A stretch of 64,000 nucleotides of DNA from an uncultured Candidatus Saccharibacteria bacterium (GTDB taxonomy: Bacteria > Patescibacteriota > Minisyncoccia > Minisyncoccales > Staskawiczbacteraceae), in NCBI GenBank assembly GCA_964427585.1, contig CAYRVC010000004.1:163-64162 (forward strand). The letters are read 5' to 3'. The position numbers and the translations under genes were made by a program. Of the stretch, positions 27,353 through 36,553 are shown one piece after another (within the stretch, counting starts at the first letter, position 1; each line of letters starts with the position of its first letter). The notes below the pieces were generated by a model, which saw only the letters and a list, made by a program, of their open reading frames with translations, searched no databases and was not told where the DNA came from.

Positions 27353-27883
27353 ATGGATTGTCCAAATAACCACGGGAAATTAGAAAAAATTTTATTCCAT
27401 TCGGTCGAGGTTGATTACTGCAAAGACTGCCTTGGCATATGGTTTGACAAAAACGAGTTGACCGAGGCAAAAAACGAAAAAGACAGCCAGATAAACTGGC
27501 TGGATATTGACCTGTGGAGGGACAAGTCGAAATTCGAAATTTCAACAAGCCATAAATTTTGCCCGAATTGCCGCATTGCCTTGTCTGAAGTCAAATATGA
27601 CGAATCAAAAACAAAAGTTGATTTTTGCAAATCGTGCCATGGAATCTGGCTGGACAGAGGGGAATTCAAACAGATAATAGCTTATCTTAAAAACAAAGCC
27701 GACTACGAAATTTTGCATCATTACGTTGAAAACTTGGTTAAAGAATTGTGGGAAGTCTTTTTAGGGCCAGAAAAGTTGAGGGAAGAACTGGCGGACTTTT
27801 TGATGGTTTTAAAGCTTTATAATTACAAATTGGCCGCCCAGTATCCGTTTTTGACAAAATTGATTGAAAACGCGCAAAAGTAA
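27353..27883 (+). CDS. TFIIB-type zinc-ribbon domain protein (two zf-TFIIB-like modules)
   Basis: CPNNHGKLEKILFHSVEVDYCKDCLGIWFDKNEL and CPNCRIALSEVKYDESKTKVDFCKSCHGIWLDRGEF. Confidence 0.75.
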   Translation: MDCPNNHGKLEKILFHSVEVDYCKDCLGIWFDKNELTEAKNEKDSQINWLDIDLWRDKSKFEISTSHKFCPNCRIALSEVKYDESKTKVDFCKSCHGIWLDRGEFKQIIAYLKNKADYEILHHYVENLVKELWEVFLGPEKLREELADFLMVLKLYNYKLAAQYPFLTKLIENAQK

Positions 27884-27884
27884 T

Positions 27885-28022
27885 ATTAATTTACAATTTA
27901 CAATTTACAATTTTCATTGAATTTTCAATGATTTAATTTTCAAACAACGGCATCGTTCGCCATTGAAAATTGAAAATTGGTTCATTGATTGAAAATTGAT
28001 AATTGAAAATTGAAAATTCAAA
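27885..28022. repeat. array of ATTTTCAAT / ATTGAAAAT units in opposite orientation around a GC-rich core (long imperfect hairpin)
   Basis: ttacaatttacaatttacaattttcattgaattttcaatgatttaattttcaa-acaacggcatcgttcgcc-attgaaaattgaaaattggttcattgattgaaaattgataattgaaaattgaaaatt. Confidence 0.65.
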
Positions 28023-28025
28023 AAT

Positions 28026-28580
28026 ATGGAAATAATATCATTAATAATTTTAGCCGCAGCAGTTATCTTTGTCTTGTGGGCAATTGCTGTTTACAATAGC
28101 CTGGTAAAACTCCGCATCAGGACAAAGGAGGCATGGTCCGATATTGACGTCCAGTTGAAAAGAAGGTATGATTTAATTCCCAATCTGGTTGAAACAGTAA
28201 AAGGATATGCCTCGCATGAAAGGGAATTGTTTGAAAAGGTTACTCAGGCCAGAGCCGCCGCTATTTCCGCAAAAGGATTAAAAGAAAAAGCCCAGGCGGA
28301 AAATATGTTGTCAGAAACACTAAAGAGCTTGTTTGCCGTGGCGGAGGCGTATCCGGATTTGAAAGCATCCGTTAATTTTTTAGAGCTCCAGAGAGAGCTT
28401 TCAGATACGGAAAACAAAATCCAGGCAGCCAGAAGATTTTACAATACCAATGTCAGAGATCTTAATATTAAGATTGAAAGTTTTCCGGCAAATACAGTTG
28501 CGGGCCTTTTCGGATTCAAACAGATGGAGTTGTTTGAAGCGGCGGAAGGGGAGAAGGAAGCAGTCAAGGTAAATTTTTAA
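28026..28580 (+). CDS. lemA: LemA family protein
   Basis: N-terminal TM followed by YNSLVKLRIRTKEAWSDIDVQLKRRYDLIPNLVETVKGYASHERELFEKVTQARA. Confidence 0.9.
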   Translation: MEIISLIILAAAVIFVLWAIAVYNSLVKLRIRTKEAWSDIDVQLKRRYDLIPNLVETVKGYASHERELFEKVTQARAAAISAKGLKEKAQAENMLSETLKSLFAVAEAYPDLKASVNFLELQRELSDTENKIQAARRFYNTNVRDLNIKIESFPANTVAGLFGFKQMELFEAAEGEKEAVKVNF

Positions 28581-28588
28581 GTTGCGAA

Positions 28589-28620
28589 GATGTCCGACAT
28601 CCTAAGGGATGTCGGACATC
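28589..28620 (+). promoter_or_regulatory. perfect 14-bp stem / 4-nt loop hairpin in the lemA-htpX spacer
   Basis: gatgtccgacatcc-taag-ggatgtcggacatc, ending 8 nt before the likely htpX ATG (28629). Confidence 0.5.
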
Positions 28621-28628
28621 TAACTTTT

Positions 28629-29534
28629 ATGGCAAGCATTTATACACATGCTGATTCCAATATTCGCAAGACATGGCTGTTGATGTCCGGGTTTTTTGTG
28701 TTTCTAATCTTAATCGGCTGGCTTTTCAGCTATTTGCTGGACGACCAGGCAATTTTATTCATAGCCGTAATTTTCAGCATTTTTATGAGTTTTGGCAGTT
28801 ATTGGTATTCGGATAAAATTGTTTTGGCAATGACAAGAGCCATGCCGTTGGAGTATGCTAAAAATCCGGAACTTTACCGCCTGGTGGAAAATTTATGCAT
28901 TACGGCCGGACTTACTTTGCCAAAAATTTATATTATTCAAGAAAACCAGCCAAACGCTTTTGCGACCGGCCGCGATCAAAAACACGCAGTTGTCGCAATC
29001 ACCCAGGGGCTCTTGAATAAGTTAAATAAAACAGAATTGGAAGGGGTTATTGCCCATGAGCTTTCGCATATTGGCAATAAAGACATGCTGTTGGCAACAG
29101 TGGTTGCAATTTTAGCCGGCGTTATAGCCATTGCTTCCGATATGTTTTTAAGAGTCAGTTTTTGGGGCGGGGGAAGAAGACGGGATTCCGATGACAATAA
29201 AGCGGGGGCCTTGTTGGCTGTTTTGGGAATTTTTGCCGCTATTTTGGCTCCCATTGCCGCCACTTTGATTCAGTTGGCAATTTCCAGAAAAAGAGAATTT
29301 CTGGCAGACGCCGACGGCGCGCTTTTAACCAGATATCCTGAAGGATTGGCAAGCGCTTTGGAAAAAATTTCAGCCGATTCAACGCCGATGAAAATTACAA
29401 ACAACGCCACCAGCTCGCTTTATATTTCTTCTCCATTCAAGGGCAGGCAAACAACAAACTGGTTTATAAAATTATTTATGACGCATCCGCCAGTGGAAGA
29501 CCGCATCCGTGCCCTGCGCGGCATGGATGTATAA
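28629..29534 (+). CDS. htpX: M48-family zinc metalloprotease HtpX
   Basis: HELSHIGNKD (HExxH), TM segments, and the C-terminal MTHPPVEDRIRAL. The track ORF starts at 28590 inside the hairpin, so the ATG at 28629 is preferred. Confidence 0.85.
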   Translation: MASIYTHADSNIRKTWLLMSGFFVFLILIGWLFSYLLDDQAILFIAVIFSIFMSFGSYWYSDKIVLAMTRAMPLEYAKNPELYRLVENLCITAGLTLPKIYIIQENQPNAFATGRDQKHAVVAITQGLLNKLNKTELEGVIAHELSHIGNKDMLLATVVAILAGVIAIASDMFLRVSFWGGGRRRDSDDNKAGALLAVLGIFAAILAPIAATLIQLAISRKREFLADADGALLTRYPEGLASALEKISADSTPMKITNNATSSLYISSPFKGRQTTNWFIKLFMTHPPVEDRIRALRGMDV

Positions 29535-29555
29535 TATATTTTATTATTTAAAAAT

Positions 29556-29879
29556 ATGGATCACAATAATATTGCAACAACATTTGAACTGCCGAATAAA
29601 AAGATAGTTAAAAATTTCGGTCTGGCGCGGGGAATAACAGTAAGGTCAAGGTCAATTTTTGGCACAATCGGCGGAGGGTTGCAGACATTGGTTGGCGGAA
29701 ATATTACTTTGTTTACCAATTTGTGCGAAAAAACCCGCCAGCAGTCATTTGAATTGATGATAAAACACGCAGAAGAAATGGGAGCCAACGCCATTGTCGG
29801 AGTTCGTTATGACGCCAATGAAGTTATGTCTGGAGTTACAGAAGTTCTTTGCTACGGCACAGCGGTTTTAGTTGAGTAA
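29556..29879 (+). CDS. YbjQ/UPF0145 family protein
   Basis: 107 aa: GLARGITVRSRSIFGTIGGGLQTLVGGNI...GANAIVGVRYDANEV. Confidence 0.85.
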   Translation: MDHNNIATTFELPNKKIVKNFGLARGITVRSRSIFGTIGGGLQTLVGGNITLFTNLCEKTRQQSFELMIKHAEEMGANAIVGVRYDANEVMSGVTEVLCYGTAVLVE

Positions 29880-29892
29880 ATAATAGAAATAA

Positions 29893-29979
29893 GGAGGAGT
29901 CACATAGCGGCCATTGTAGCGGCTTGGAAAGCCGCGACCCGAAAGGGTCTCGTGGGTTCGAGTCCCACCTCCTCCGCCA
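29893..29979 (+). tRNA. tRNA-Ser (anticodon GGA), CCA encoded
   Basis: GGAGGAG..GCGGC-TTGGAAA-GCCGC, variable arm GACCC-GAAA-GGGTC, GTGGG-TTCGAGT-CCCAC, CTCCTCC-G-CCA. Confidence 0.88.
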
Positions 29980-29997
29980 GATTACCAAGTTAGAACC

Positions 29998-30927
29998 ATG
30001 TATAAATACCATCATCCAAAATCAATAGATATTAACCTTTCAGGAGAGGAAGGTTTTCGTATACGCCAAAAGGCCGCCGATTTTATTGTGGAACACCAAA
30101 ATAAAACCGGAGCTCAAAGGGGTAGCGTATCCGAACAAAGTTATGGAGCGTTGGCAGAAATTGTTATTCGAAATCAGTTAAACATGCCCGAAGTTAACCC
30201 GGACGATCATCCCTTGGGCTACGATATTTTGTTGCCTTCCGGAGTAAAGATTGACGTTAAGTGTCGCGGAGGAGAAAAACCTTTTCTCGAAGAGTATATG
30301 GGCCTAGATGGTCTGCCGAGAGAATCAAAGCACAACTTTTTCGCTAGACAGCTCTACGACGACAATTTAGATGCTGATGCTTATATTATGACGCATTTAA
30401 TGCGTCCGAAGACTCCAGCAGGATCTCCTGTTTTACCAGGCACAAAAAGACAGCGTAAGTGGATACTTTATGTATGTGGTTGGGTTTCGAAAAAGAGGGT
30501 ATTGCGCGAGGGCGTATATCTTCCACCCGGCGCAATATCGGAACGTGGTAGAGAATGGTTTGCGTATCGTGCGCACGAAATAGAATTTTACAACAGAAAT
30601 TTAAATGGGCTCGAATCCATAACCGATTTATTGAAGATAGAATCAAAGGATATTGAACTGGACGAAGAGAAAAAAGGAGATTTAAACCTCACTCGCGTTG
30701 ATACTTTACGCATCGGTTATGATCTCGTTGGGCGTGGTGTTTTACAACAAAAACACATAGATTATATTAAAAACGAAATGCACTTAAACGGCGAGGTAAG
30801 TCCATTTTTACACTCCAACCAGTCAATTCATGTTCTAAAATGGCTTCTTGAAAAAGAGGTTATAAATTCACAAGAATATAGTGAAATGATGCAGAAAATA
30901 CCGGAGACGAAATTTGAAGGTTTTTAA
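29998..30927 (+). CDS. putative type II restriction endonuclease (PD-(D/E)xK-like)
   Basis: 309 aa, convergent with and 9 nt from a DNA methyltransferase gene. GYDILLPSGVKIDVKCRGG fits a D...(D/E)xK core. Confidence 0.5.
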   Translation: MYKYHHPKSIDINLSGEEGFRIRQKAADFIVEHQNKTGAQRGSVSEQSYGALAEIVIRNQLNMPEVNPDDHPLGYDILLPSGVKIDVKCRGGEKPFLEEYMGLDGLPRESKHNFFARQLYDDNLDADAYIMTHLMRPKTPAGSPVLPGTKRQRKWILYVCGWVSKKRVLREGVYLPPGAISERGREWFAYRAHEIEFYNRNLNGLESITDLLKIESKDIELDEEKKGDLNLTRVDTLRIGYDLVGRGVLQQKHIDYIKNEMHLNGEVSPFLHSNQSIHVLKWLLEKEVINSQEYSEMMQKIPETKFEGF

Positions 30928-30936
30928 TACTTGAAA

Positions 30937-32025
30937 CTAAAAAAGTTTATTATTAGTAGCTTTGTATTGAGCCTCGGCTTCTTTAATACGCCTTTTGGAA
31001 ACTTCGATATAATCCACTTTATGTTTTTTGAACAGATAAACATCTTCGTTTTTCTCAATTCCAATAAATTTTCTGCCTTCCAAAACTGCCGAAACAAGGA
31101 AGCTCCCACTGCCACAAGTATTATCTAAGACAACCTCTCCTTCTTTTGTGAAGGTACGAATGAGATACCGGCCGAGTTCCACCGGTTTTTGTGTGGGATG
31201 ATAAACTTCGCCTTCACTCTCAGCGGTTTTGAAATAGACAACATCGGTGGGGTATCTCTCGCCATTGCTTTTTACCTCAACAGTTTTGAAATCGCCATAA
31301 CTTCCAGTGAATTGATCTTTCCTAAAACCTTTATTGTAAGGTTCGCCATAAGTCATCTGTGGATTATATGCGGGTTGACTTTTATAAAAAATACAGACAT
31401 CCTCATGTTTTCGGAGTGGTTGTTTTTTGGCATTAAGAAAATTTGTTGGTTTAGATTTTACCCAAGTGATTTTATATTTAAATAGTCTTGGATTAGATAG
31501 CATTAGATTTGCCGTAAAGAGTCCCTGCCCCGTAAGAGCAATAACACCCTTATCTTTTACAATGCGTTCGTAATGGCTCCAAAGTTGATCGATGGGGATA
31601 ATACTATCCCAGTTATTTTGTGTCGTGCCATATGGTAAATCGCACAAAATCATGTCTATTGATTTTGAAGGGATACCTTTCATCACTTCCAAGCAATCGC
31701 CTTCAATCACCTTATTTTCAAAATGAGTGATTGCCTTCCCGCCCTTTACTGTTTTGACCTTTGGCTCCTCTACTCCAAAGTTTTTTCGCAAATACCAAAG
31801 ACAATAGGTATTAACAGCTAATCCCTCTTCTTGTGCTCGTTTTTCTAATTCAAGATAGGAATCAGTCCCTAATAAGTTTCTTAGTTCATTGCTTTCTAAT
31901 TTGGCGATATGCTTGTATAAGTCCCTATTTCTATCTCCAAATGCCAGAACAAGACCTTTTGAGCCTTGATTAATCTCTTTGTAGTCAGGAAAATAGATTG
32001 ATTTAAAAGTTTGGTTGCTAGGCAT
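30937..32025 (-). CDS. beta-class DNA methyltransferase (N6-adenine or N4-cytosine)
   Basis: Motif IV ILCDLPYGT precedes motif I LDNTCGSGSFLVSA, the order typical of N4/N6 MTases (ParB-less). Has an N-terminal extension of about 100 aa. Confidence 0.85.
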   Translation of the reverse strand: MPSNQTFKSIYFPDYKEINQGSKGLVLAFGDRNRDLYKHIAKLESNELRNLLGTDSYLELEKRAQEEGLAVNTYCLWYLRKNFGVEEPKVKTVKGGKAITHFENKVIEGDCLEVMKGIPSKSIDMILCDLPYGTTQNNWDSIIPIDQLWSHYERIVKDKGVIALTGQGLFTANLMLSNPRLFKYKITWVKSKPTNFLNAKKQPLRKHEDVCIFYKSQPAYNPQMTYGEPYNKGFRKDQFTGSYGDFKTVEVKSNGERYPTDVVYFKTAESEGEVYHPTQKPVELGRYLIRTFTKEGEVVLDNTCGSGSFLVSAVLEGRKFIGIEKNEDVYLFKKHKVDYIEVSKRRIKEAEAQYKATNNKLF

Positions 32026-32098
32026 AAAATTTGTTTACCGTGTGTTTATATTATAGTATAATACCCACATAAAACAAAGTTGGTTTATCCACAATGAT

Positions 32099-33427
32099 AT
32101 GAAATTAGGAAGAAACGACCCATGCCATTGCAGAAGTGGCAAAAAATACAAAAAATGTTGTCTTATGAATGACGAACGAAAGCCACATGAAACGCTGGCA
32201 AAATTTATAGGAAAAGATTGGATAGAGGCAGAACTCGGGAAAGTTAAATTGGACGGGTATAACAATATGAATTCGATGAATTTGGCGCGTATAGATATGC
32301 ACCCTTTGATAAAAGCGATAGTTGGTACGCAAATAAAATTAAAAAGATCGGAACAAGTAGGCAAAACACCGATTGCACTGGGCAGGGATGAGCTTCTACA
32401 AAATCTACTGCATGAAAATTTAACAATACTAGACCCACTTCTTGATGTGGAGGACATACAGAAACGTTTAAGGAATAAAGACGAATTTCCAAAAGCAGAA
32501 TATGAGCTGGCTATTGCCGCCGGTTATGCACGCATGGGCTACAACTCAAGTTTTATAAAACGGTCGTCTAGTAAGAGGACGGGTGAATTTTATGTTTCGG
32601 ATAAAAATGGGAATACGGTTTTGATTGAATGTAAGAAAAAGGACATGACATCGCCAAAGGAACAAAAAATTAATTCTTGGTGGGAAGAATTTCAGCACCT
32701 TATGATGCAGAAACTGAAGAATATCAAAAAGCCGTATGGTATTGCCATCCATATTCCACTTAATCCAGAAAGAACAGAAACGCATTCAGCCGTAGATGAA
32801 ATTGCAAAAATTATTCTTAGTAATCAGGAGGGAGAAAATACTATAATAAATGGAAAGTACAGGGTTGCCTTGAAGAAGTTCTGTGAAATTGGAGGATCTG
32901 CTAATCCGGATCAAGTCGGTTCTTTTGGCAAAGATGCCGATTTTAGTGTGTCAGTAGCAAAACAAAATAAGTCAGCATGGCCATTGGGGAATAAATTACC
33001 AACAGAATTGCATGATCCAATGAAGGTGTCCGGTTATGGCTCATCCGATTTCTTAGAAGAAAAAGTTAATAGCATAATCTCAACATTGGGAGATGCCTAC
33101 GGGCAACTCGAAGAGGATAAACCAAATGTGGTTTATGTGGATATAAATGTTGCTTCAATGACACCGGAGCGTTCAAGCGCAATCATGGCTAAATTACCTT
33201 CCGAAATACGAAAAAAACTTAGCCGAGATTATTCAAAAATCAGTGCCGTTGTCCTTACCAATCTCAAACTTCTAGGTCACAGCGAGATTATGGGTTTTCA
33301 TGCGGATGAGCATGTGGTGTACAATGAAAATGCTAAAAGAAGATTACCGGATGGATTCAAACTTTATGGTGATATAAAGAACGGACAAAGTATTCTGATT
33401 GATATGAAAGTGTTGTTTGAAAAGTAA
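32099..33427 (+). CDS. SEC-C motif protein with a possible PD-(D/E)xK nuclease-like core
   Basis: N-terminus MKLGRNDPCHCRSGKKYKKCC (SEC-C metal-binding motif). GEFYVSDKNGNTVLIECKKKD resembles a D...ExK motif. The rest is unrecognised. Confidence 0.6.
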   Translation: MKLGRNDPCHCRSGKKYKKCCLMNDERKPHETLAKFIGKDWIEAELGKVKLDGYNNMNSMNLARIDMHPLIKAIVGTQIKLKRSEQVGKTPIALGRDELLQNLLHENLTILDPLLDVEDIQKRLRNKDEFPKAEYELAIAAGYARMGYNSSFIKRSSSKRTGEFYVSDKNGNTVLIECKKKDMTSPKEQKINSWWEEFQHLMMQKLKNIKKPYGIAIHIPLNPERTETHSAVDEIAKIILSNQEGENTIINGKYRVALKKFCEIGGSANPDQVGSFGKDADFSVSVAKQNKSAWPLGNKLPTELHDPMKVSGYGSSDFLEEKVNSIISTLGDAYGQLEEDKPNVVYVDINVASMTPERSSAIMAKLPSEIRKKLSRDYSKISAVVLTNLKLLGHSEIMGFHADEHVVYNENAKRRLPDGFKLYGDIKNGQSILIDMKVLFEK

Positions 33428-33787
33428 ATCACCGTCAAAAATTCTGTCCGGCCAAGCGATGACATGGTTATTACTTGATTGAATAATCAACGGCATTTTG
33501 CCCTTTATCCGACTTCGGCTTCGGCACTTCAAACCACTCCGGATGGAATTTGTAGATAGCTCTTAATTCCTGTATACTCTTATCGAGAATCCTGAAATTA
33601 AGCCATTTTTTAGGTTCTAACTTGCGGACATCGTCCCCGCCTTCGGTCTAATTTCGAATCATTAAATTTCAGCAAAGTCTCATTTTTAAAGCCATTTTTA
33701 TAGTGGCTTTTTTTATTAAGGCGTGATAAACTAAATATAGTTATTATGCTAAAATTATACTCATGATTATAAAAATAAAAAAAATTT

Positions 33788-34261
33788 ATGGATAAAAATT
33801 GTTGTCATCATCATAATTGCATTGAAGAATTGAAATCGGACCATAAGAATATTTTAAAACACCTTGATGATTTGGAAGTTGTTATCAATCAGCCGGCAAT
33901 CAGCCGCGAAAAAATCAAGGAATTTCTTCATTTTACCGAAACATTCGCCGAGCCGCACCATCAGAAAGAAGAGCAGGTTTTATTTCCGGCTTTGGAGAAA
34001 AAAGGCATGCCGAACGAAGGCGGACCGATTGGCATGATGCTTATGGAACATACAACGAAAAGGGATTACCTTGTTAAAATAAGAGAGGCATTGGAAGAAA
34101 ATAATGATGGTAAACTTAAAGAAAACACCCAGGCAATGATTTCTCTTTTAAGAGAGCATATTTATAAAGAAGATAATATCTTGTATCCATGCGCGGAAGA
34201 TATTCTTACAAAAGAGGAATTGGCAGGCCTTGCTTCCCAATGCGAAAAAATTAAAAAGTAA
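33788..34261 (+). CDS. hemerythrin-like (HHE cation-binding) domain protein
   Basis: ELKSDHKNILKHLD...EPHHQKEEQVLFPAL...MLMEHTTKRD...LREHIYKEDNILYP. Confidence 0.8.
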   Translation: MDKNCCHHHNCIEELKSDHKNILKHLDDLEVVINQPAISREKIKEFLHFTETFAEPHHQKEEQVLFPALEKKGMPNEGGPIGMMLMEHTTKRDYLVKIREALEENNDGKLKENTQAMISLLREHIYKEDNILYPCAEDILTKEELAGLASQCEKIKK

Positions 34262-34263
34262 AA

Positions 34264-35049
34264 ATGAAATCAGGCATAACTTTACAATTAAAAAAGCAAG
34301 ACCGGCTGGTGTCAAAGATAAATTGGAAGTATCAGTTCTGGCAGTACGGCGCGGCGGTTACGGCGGCTTTTGTTTTATTTTTGTTTCTTTCCGCATATCT
34401 TTTTTACCGCCGCGGTTATTATGACCTCTATATCGCAAATAAAATTTTTGCCAATGTGGCTGCAATTCTCCTTGGCATTGTTCTTCTTATCGGGCCATTA
34501 AGCCGAATTTTTGCTTTTCCGGACCGTTATGTGCAATACAGAAAAGAGCTGGGCATTGTTGCTTTCTTTTTAGCGATAGCCCACAGCGTTATATCTTATT
34601 TTTTTCTGCCTTCCAAATTTTCAACGCAGTGGTTTTTTGGGCCAGGCTTGTATTCATTTATTTCCGGCCTTATTGCCGCCGTGATTCTTACGGCGATTTT
34701 TTTAATTTCCAGCGATCGCGTTATGAACGCCATTGGCAGGGAAAAGTGGTGGCGGATGCAGTATATCGGAGCGCGTCTTGTTTTTATTCTTGTTTTTCTC
34801 CATGTTTTTTTGATGAAGTGGGGAGGCTGGGTTCAATGGTACAAAACCGGAGGAGGCAAAGAGCTTGCGCGTCCTGAATGGCCTGGCGCGGGTTTGCTTA
34901 TAGGCTGGTTTATGGTTTTTGTCGTTTTGGTCAGATTTGGCGAGTTTATCGGTCCAAAATTCGGGCGCGCAACCTGGTATCTAAGCTGTGTTGCTTTGCT
35001 CGTTGTTTATATAGCCACTTTTTTGTGGGGGATGCGGTTTATCGGGTAA
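34264..35049 (+). CDS. ferric-reductase-like / MsrQ(YedZ)-like transmembrane protein
   Basis: 261 aa with about 6 TM segments and conserved His in TM helices (LAIAHSVISYF, FLHVFLMKW). Confidence 0.55.
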   Translation: MKSGITLQLKKQDRLVSKINWKYQFWQYGAAVTAAFVLFLFLSAYLFYRRGYYDLYIANKIFANVAAILLGIVLLIGPLSRIFAFPDRYVQYRKELGIVAFFLAIAHSVISYFFLPSKFSTQWFFGPGLYSFISGLIAAVILTAIFLISSDRVMNAIGREKWWRMQYIGARLVFILVFLHVFLMKWGGWVQWYKTGGGKELARPEWPGAGLLIGWFMVFVVLVRFGEFIGPKFGRATWYLSCVALLVVYIATFLWGMRFIG

Positions 35050-35073
35050 AAAATAAAAATTTTAAAAAATACC

Positions 35074-35733
35074 ATGAACATTGCAAAGCTTATTGACCAT
35101 ACTAATATAAAATTGGATGCGACGGCAAAGGATATAAAGAAAACCTGCCAGGAGGCGAAAAAATATGGTTTTCGGGGGGTGGACGTGAGGCCAAAATGGG
35201 TAAAATTGGTTAAAAAAGAACTGGAGGGGACGGATGTGAAAGTAATTGTTTTAATCGACCCTCCCATGGGGTTGAGTTCTAGCCAGGCAAGGTTTTTCGC
35301 ATGCAAAAAAGCCAAGAAAGACGGGGCTGACGAGCTTGACGTGGTGATGAACGTGGTTGATTTGAAACACGAAAGATACGGGAAAATTTTAAATGATTTA
35401 AAATCCATTTCTAAAATTTTGCCGACAAAGGTGATTATCGGATCAGGATATTTGACTGACGAGGAAATTGAAAAAGCTTCCGCATTAGTCAAACAATCGG
35501 GGGCCTTTTGCGTAAAAACCGCCACGGAAAAAGACCCTTTGGAAAGAAGAGAGCTGGAAGAAAAAGCCAGGCATCTTAAAATTATGAAAAAATACGCTCC
35601 AGGGCTTTTGATCAAAGCATCTGCCCAGATAAGAACATCAGACGACGTGAAAATGATGGTAAAAGCCGGGGCAGACATCATAGGCGCCAGTTCCGGCGTT
35701 GCTATTATTGATAATATTAATAAAAAAAGGTAA
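35074..35733 (+). CDS. deoC: deoxyribose-phosphate aldolase
   Basis: IAKLIDHTNIKLDATAKDIKKTCQEAKKYGFRGVDVRPKWV...CVKTATE...KASAQIRTSDDVKMMVKAGADIIGASSG. Confidence 0.8.
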   Translation: MNIAKLIDHTNIKLDATAKDIKKTCQEAKKYGFRGVDVRPKWVKLVKKELEGTDVKVIVLIDPPMGLSSSQARFFACKKAKKDGADELDVVMNVVDLKHERYGKILNDLKSISKILPTKVIIGSGYLTDEEIEKASALVKQSGAFCVKTATEKDPLERRELEEKARHLKIMKKYAPGLLIKASAQIRTSDDVKMMVKAGADIIGASSGVAIIDNINKKR

Positions 35734-35735
35734 GT

Positions 35736-36461
35736 ATGAAAAAAACACCGAAAATGAAAATTAAAGAAAACAAGCCCTCATATTTGTATCCGGATCCCAA
35801 ACTTCCCCCGGTTAAAGAAGATTTGAGGAAAACATTCAGATGGAATATCTCCAAAATTACCTCTGAGCTTGTCAGCGGTTTTAAATTTATATCCGATTTT
35901 AAAAAAGCCGTTACCGTTTTCGGATCAACCAGTTTTTCCGAAGACAACCCCTATTATCAAGAAGCCCGGAAAATGGGCAGTATCCTGGCTAAAAAGGGCT
36001 ATACGGTTGTTACCGGAGGAGGGCCGGGCATTATGGAAGCTGCCAACCGCGGCGCTTTTGAAGCTGAAGGGGAATCCGTTGGCATGAATATCCAGCTTCC
36101 CGAAGGGCAAAGAATAAACAAATACGTCACCAAACCCATCGGCTTTTACCATTTTTTTACCAGAAAAGCAATGATGTCTTTTTCTTCCAATGGATATGTA
36201 TTTTTTCCAGGCGGATTCGGAACACTGGAAGAATTTTTTGAAATGATAACATTGGTGCAGACTAAAAAATTGGCTAAACCCGTGCCCGTTGTGGCGGTTG
36301 GAAAGGATTACTGGGTTCCCCTGTTTAAATGGCTGGAATCGGAAGTTTATATGAAGCGGAAAGCAGTTAAAGAGCAGGATCTTAAAATTATACAGATAGT
36401 TGATACCGCTGAGGAGGCAATGGAAAGAATCGAAAAATTCAAATACCTTAAATTTAATTAA
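35736..36461 (+). CDS. LOG-family (TIGR00730) nucleotide phosphoribohydrolase
   Basis: VTVFGS...YTVVTGGGPGIMEAANRGA...PGGFGTLEEFFEMITLVQTKK. Confidence 0.9.
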   Translation: MKKTPKMKIKENKPSYLYPDPKLPPVKEDLRKTFRWNISKITSELVSGFKFISDFKKAVTVFGSTSFSEDNPYYQEARKMGSILAKKGYTVVTGGGPGIMEAANRGAFEAEGESVGMNIQLPEGQRINKYVTKPIGFYHFFTRKAMMSFSSNGYVFFPGGFGTLEEFFEMITLVQTKKLAKPVPVVAVGKDYWVPLFKWLESEVYMKRKAVKEQDLKIIQIVDTAEEAMERIEKFKYLKFN

Positions 36462-36553
36462 CAGCCCGTTGGTTGTTTTTTAAATAATTATTTTATATAA
36501 TGGAATAATAAAAGGTCGTATTATCTGAAATATAAATTTTAAATAAATCAAAT

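Noticed and set aside
33430-33660. Integrase or recombinase remnant at the distal end of the tRNA-Ser islet
   Set aside because: The only open minus-strand frame (~50 codons, ...KKWLNFRILDKSIQELRAIYKFHPEWFEVPKPK...) has no start codon and no recognisable recombinase motif.
35007-35681. 224-aa minus-strand ORF
   Set aside because: It is antisense to deoC, whose product has clear family motifs. The minus-strand translation is Ser/Phe-rich with no motif.
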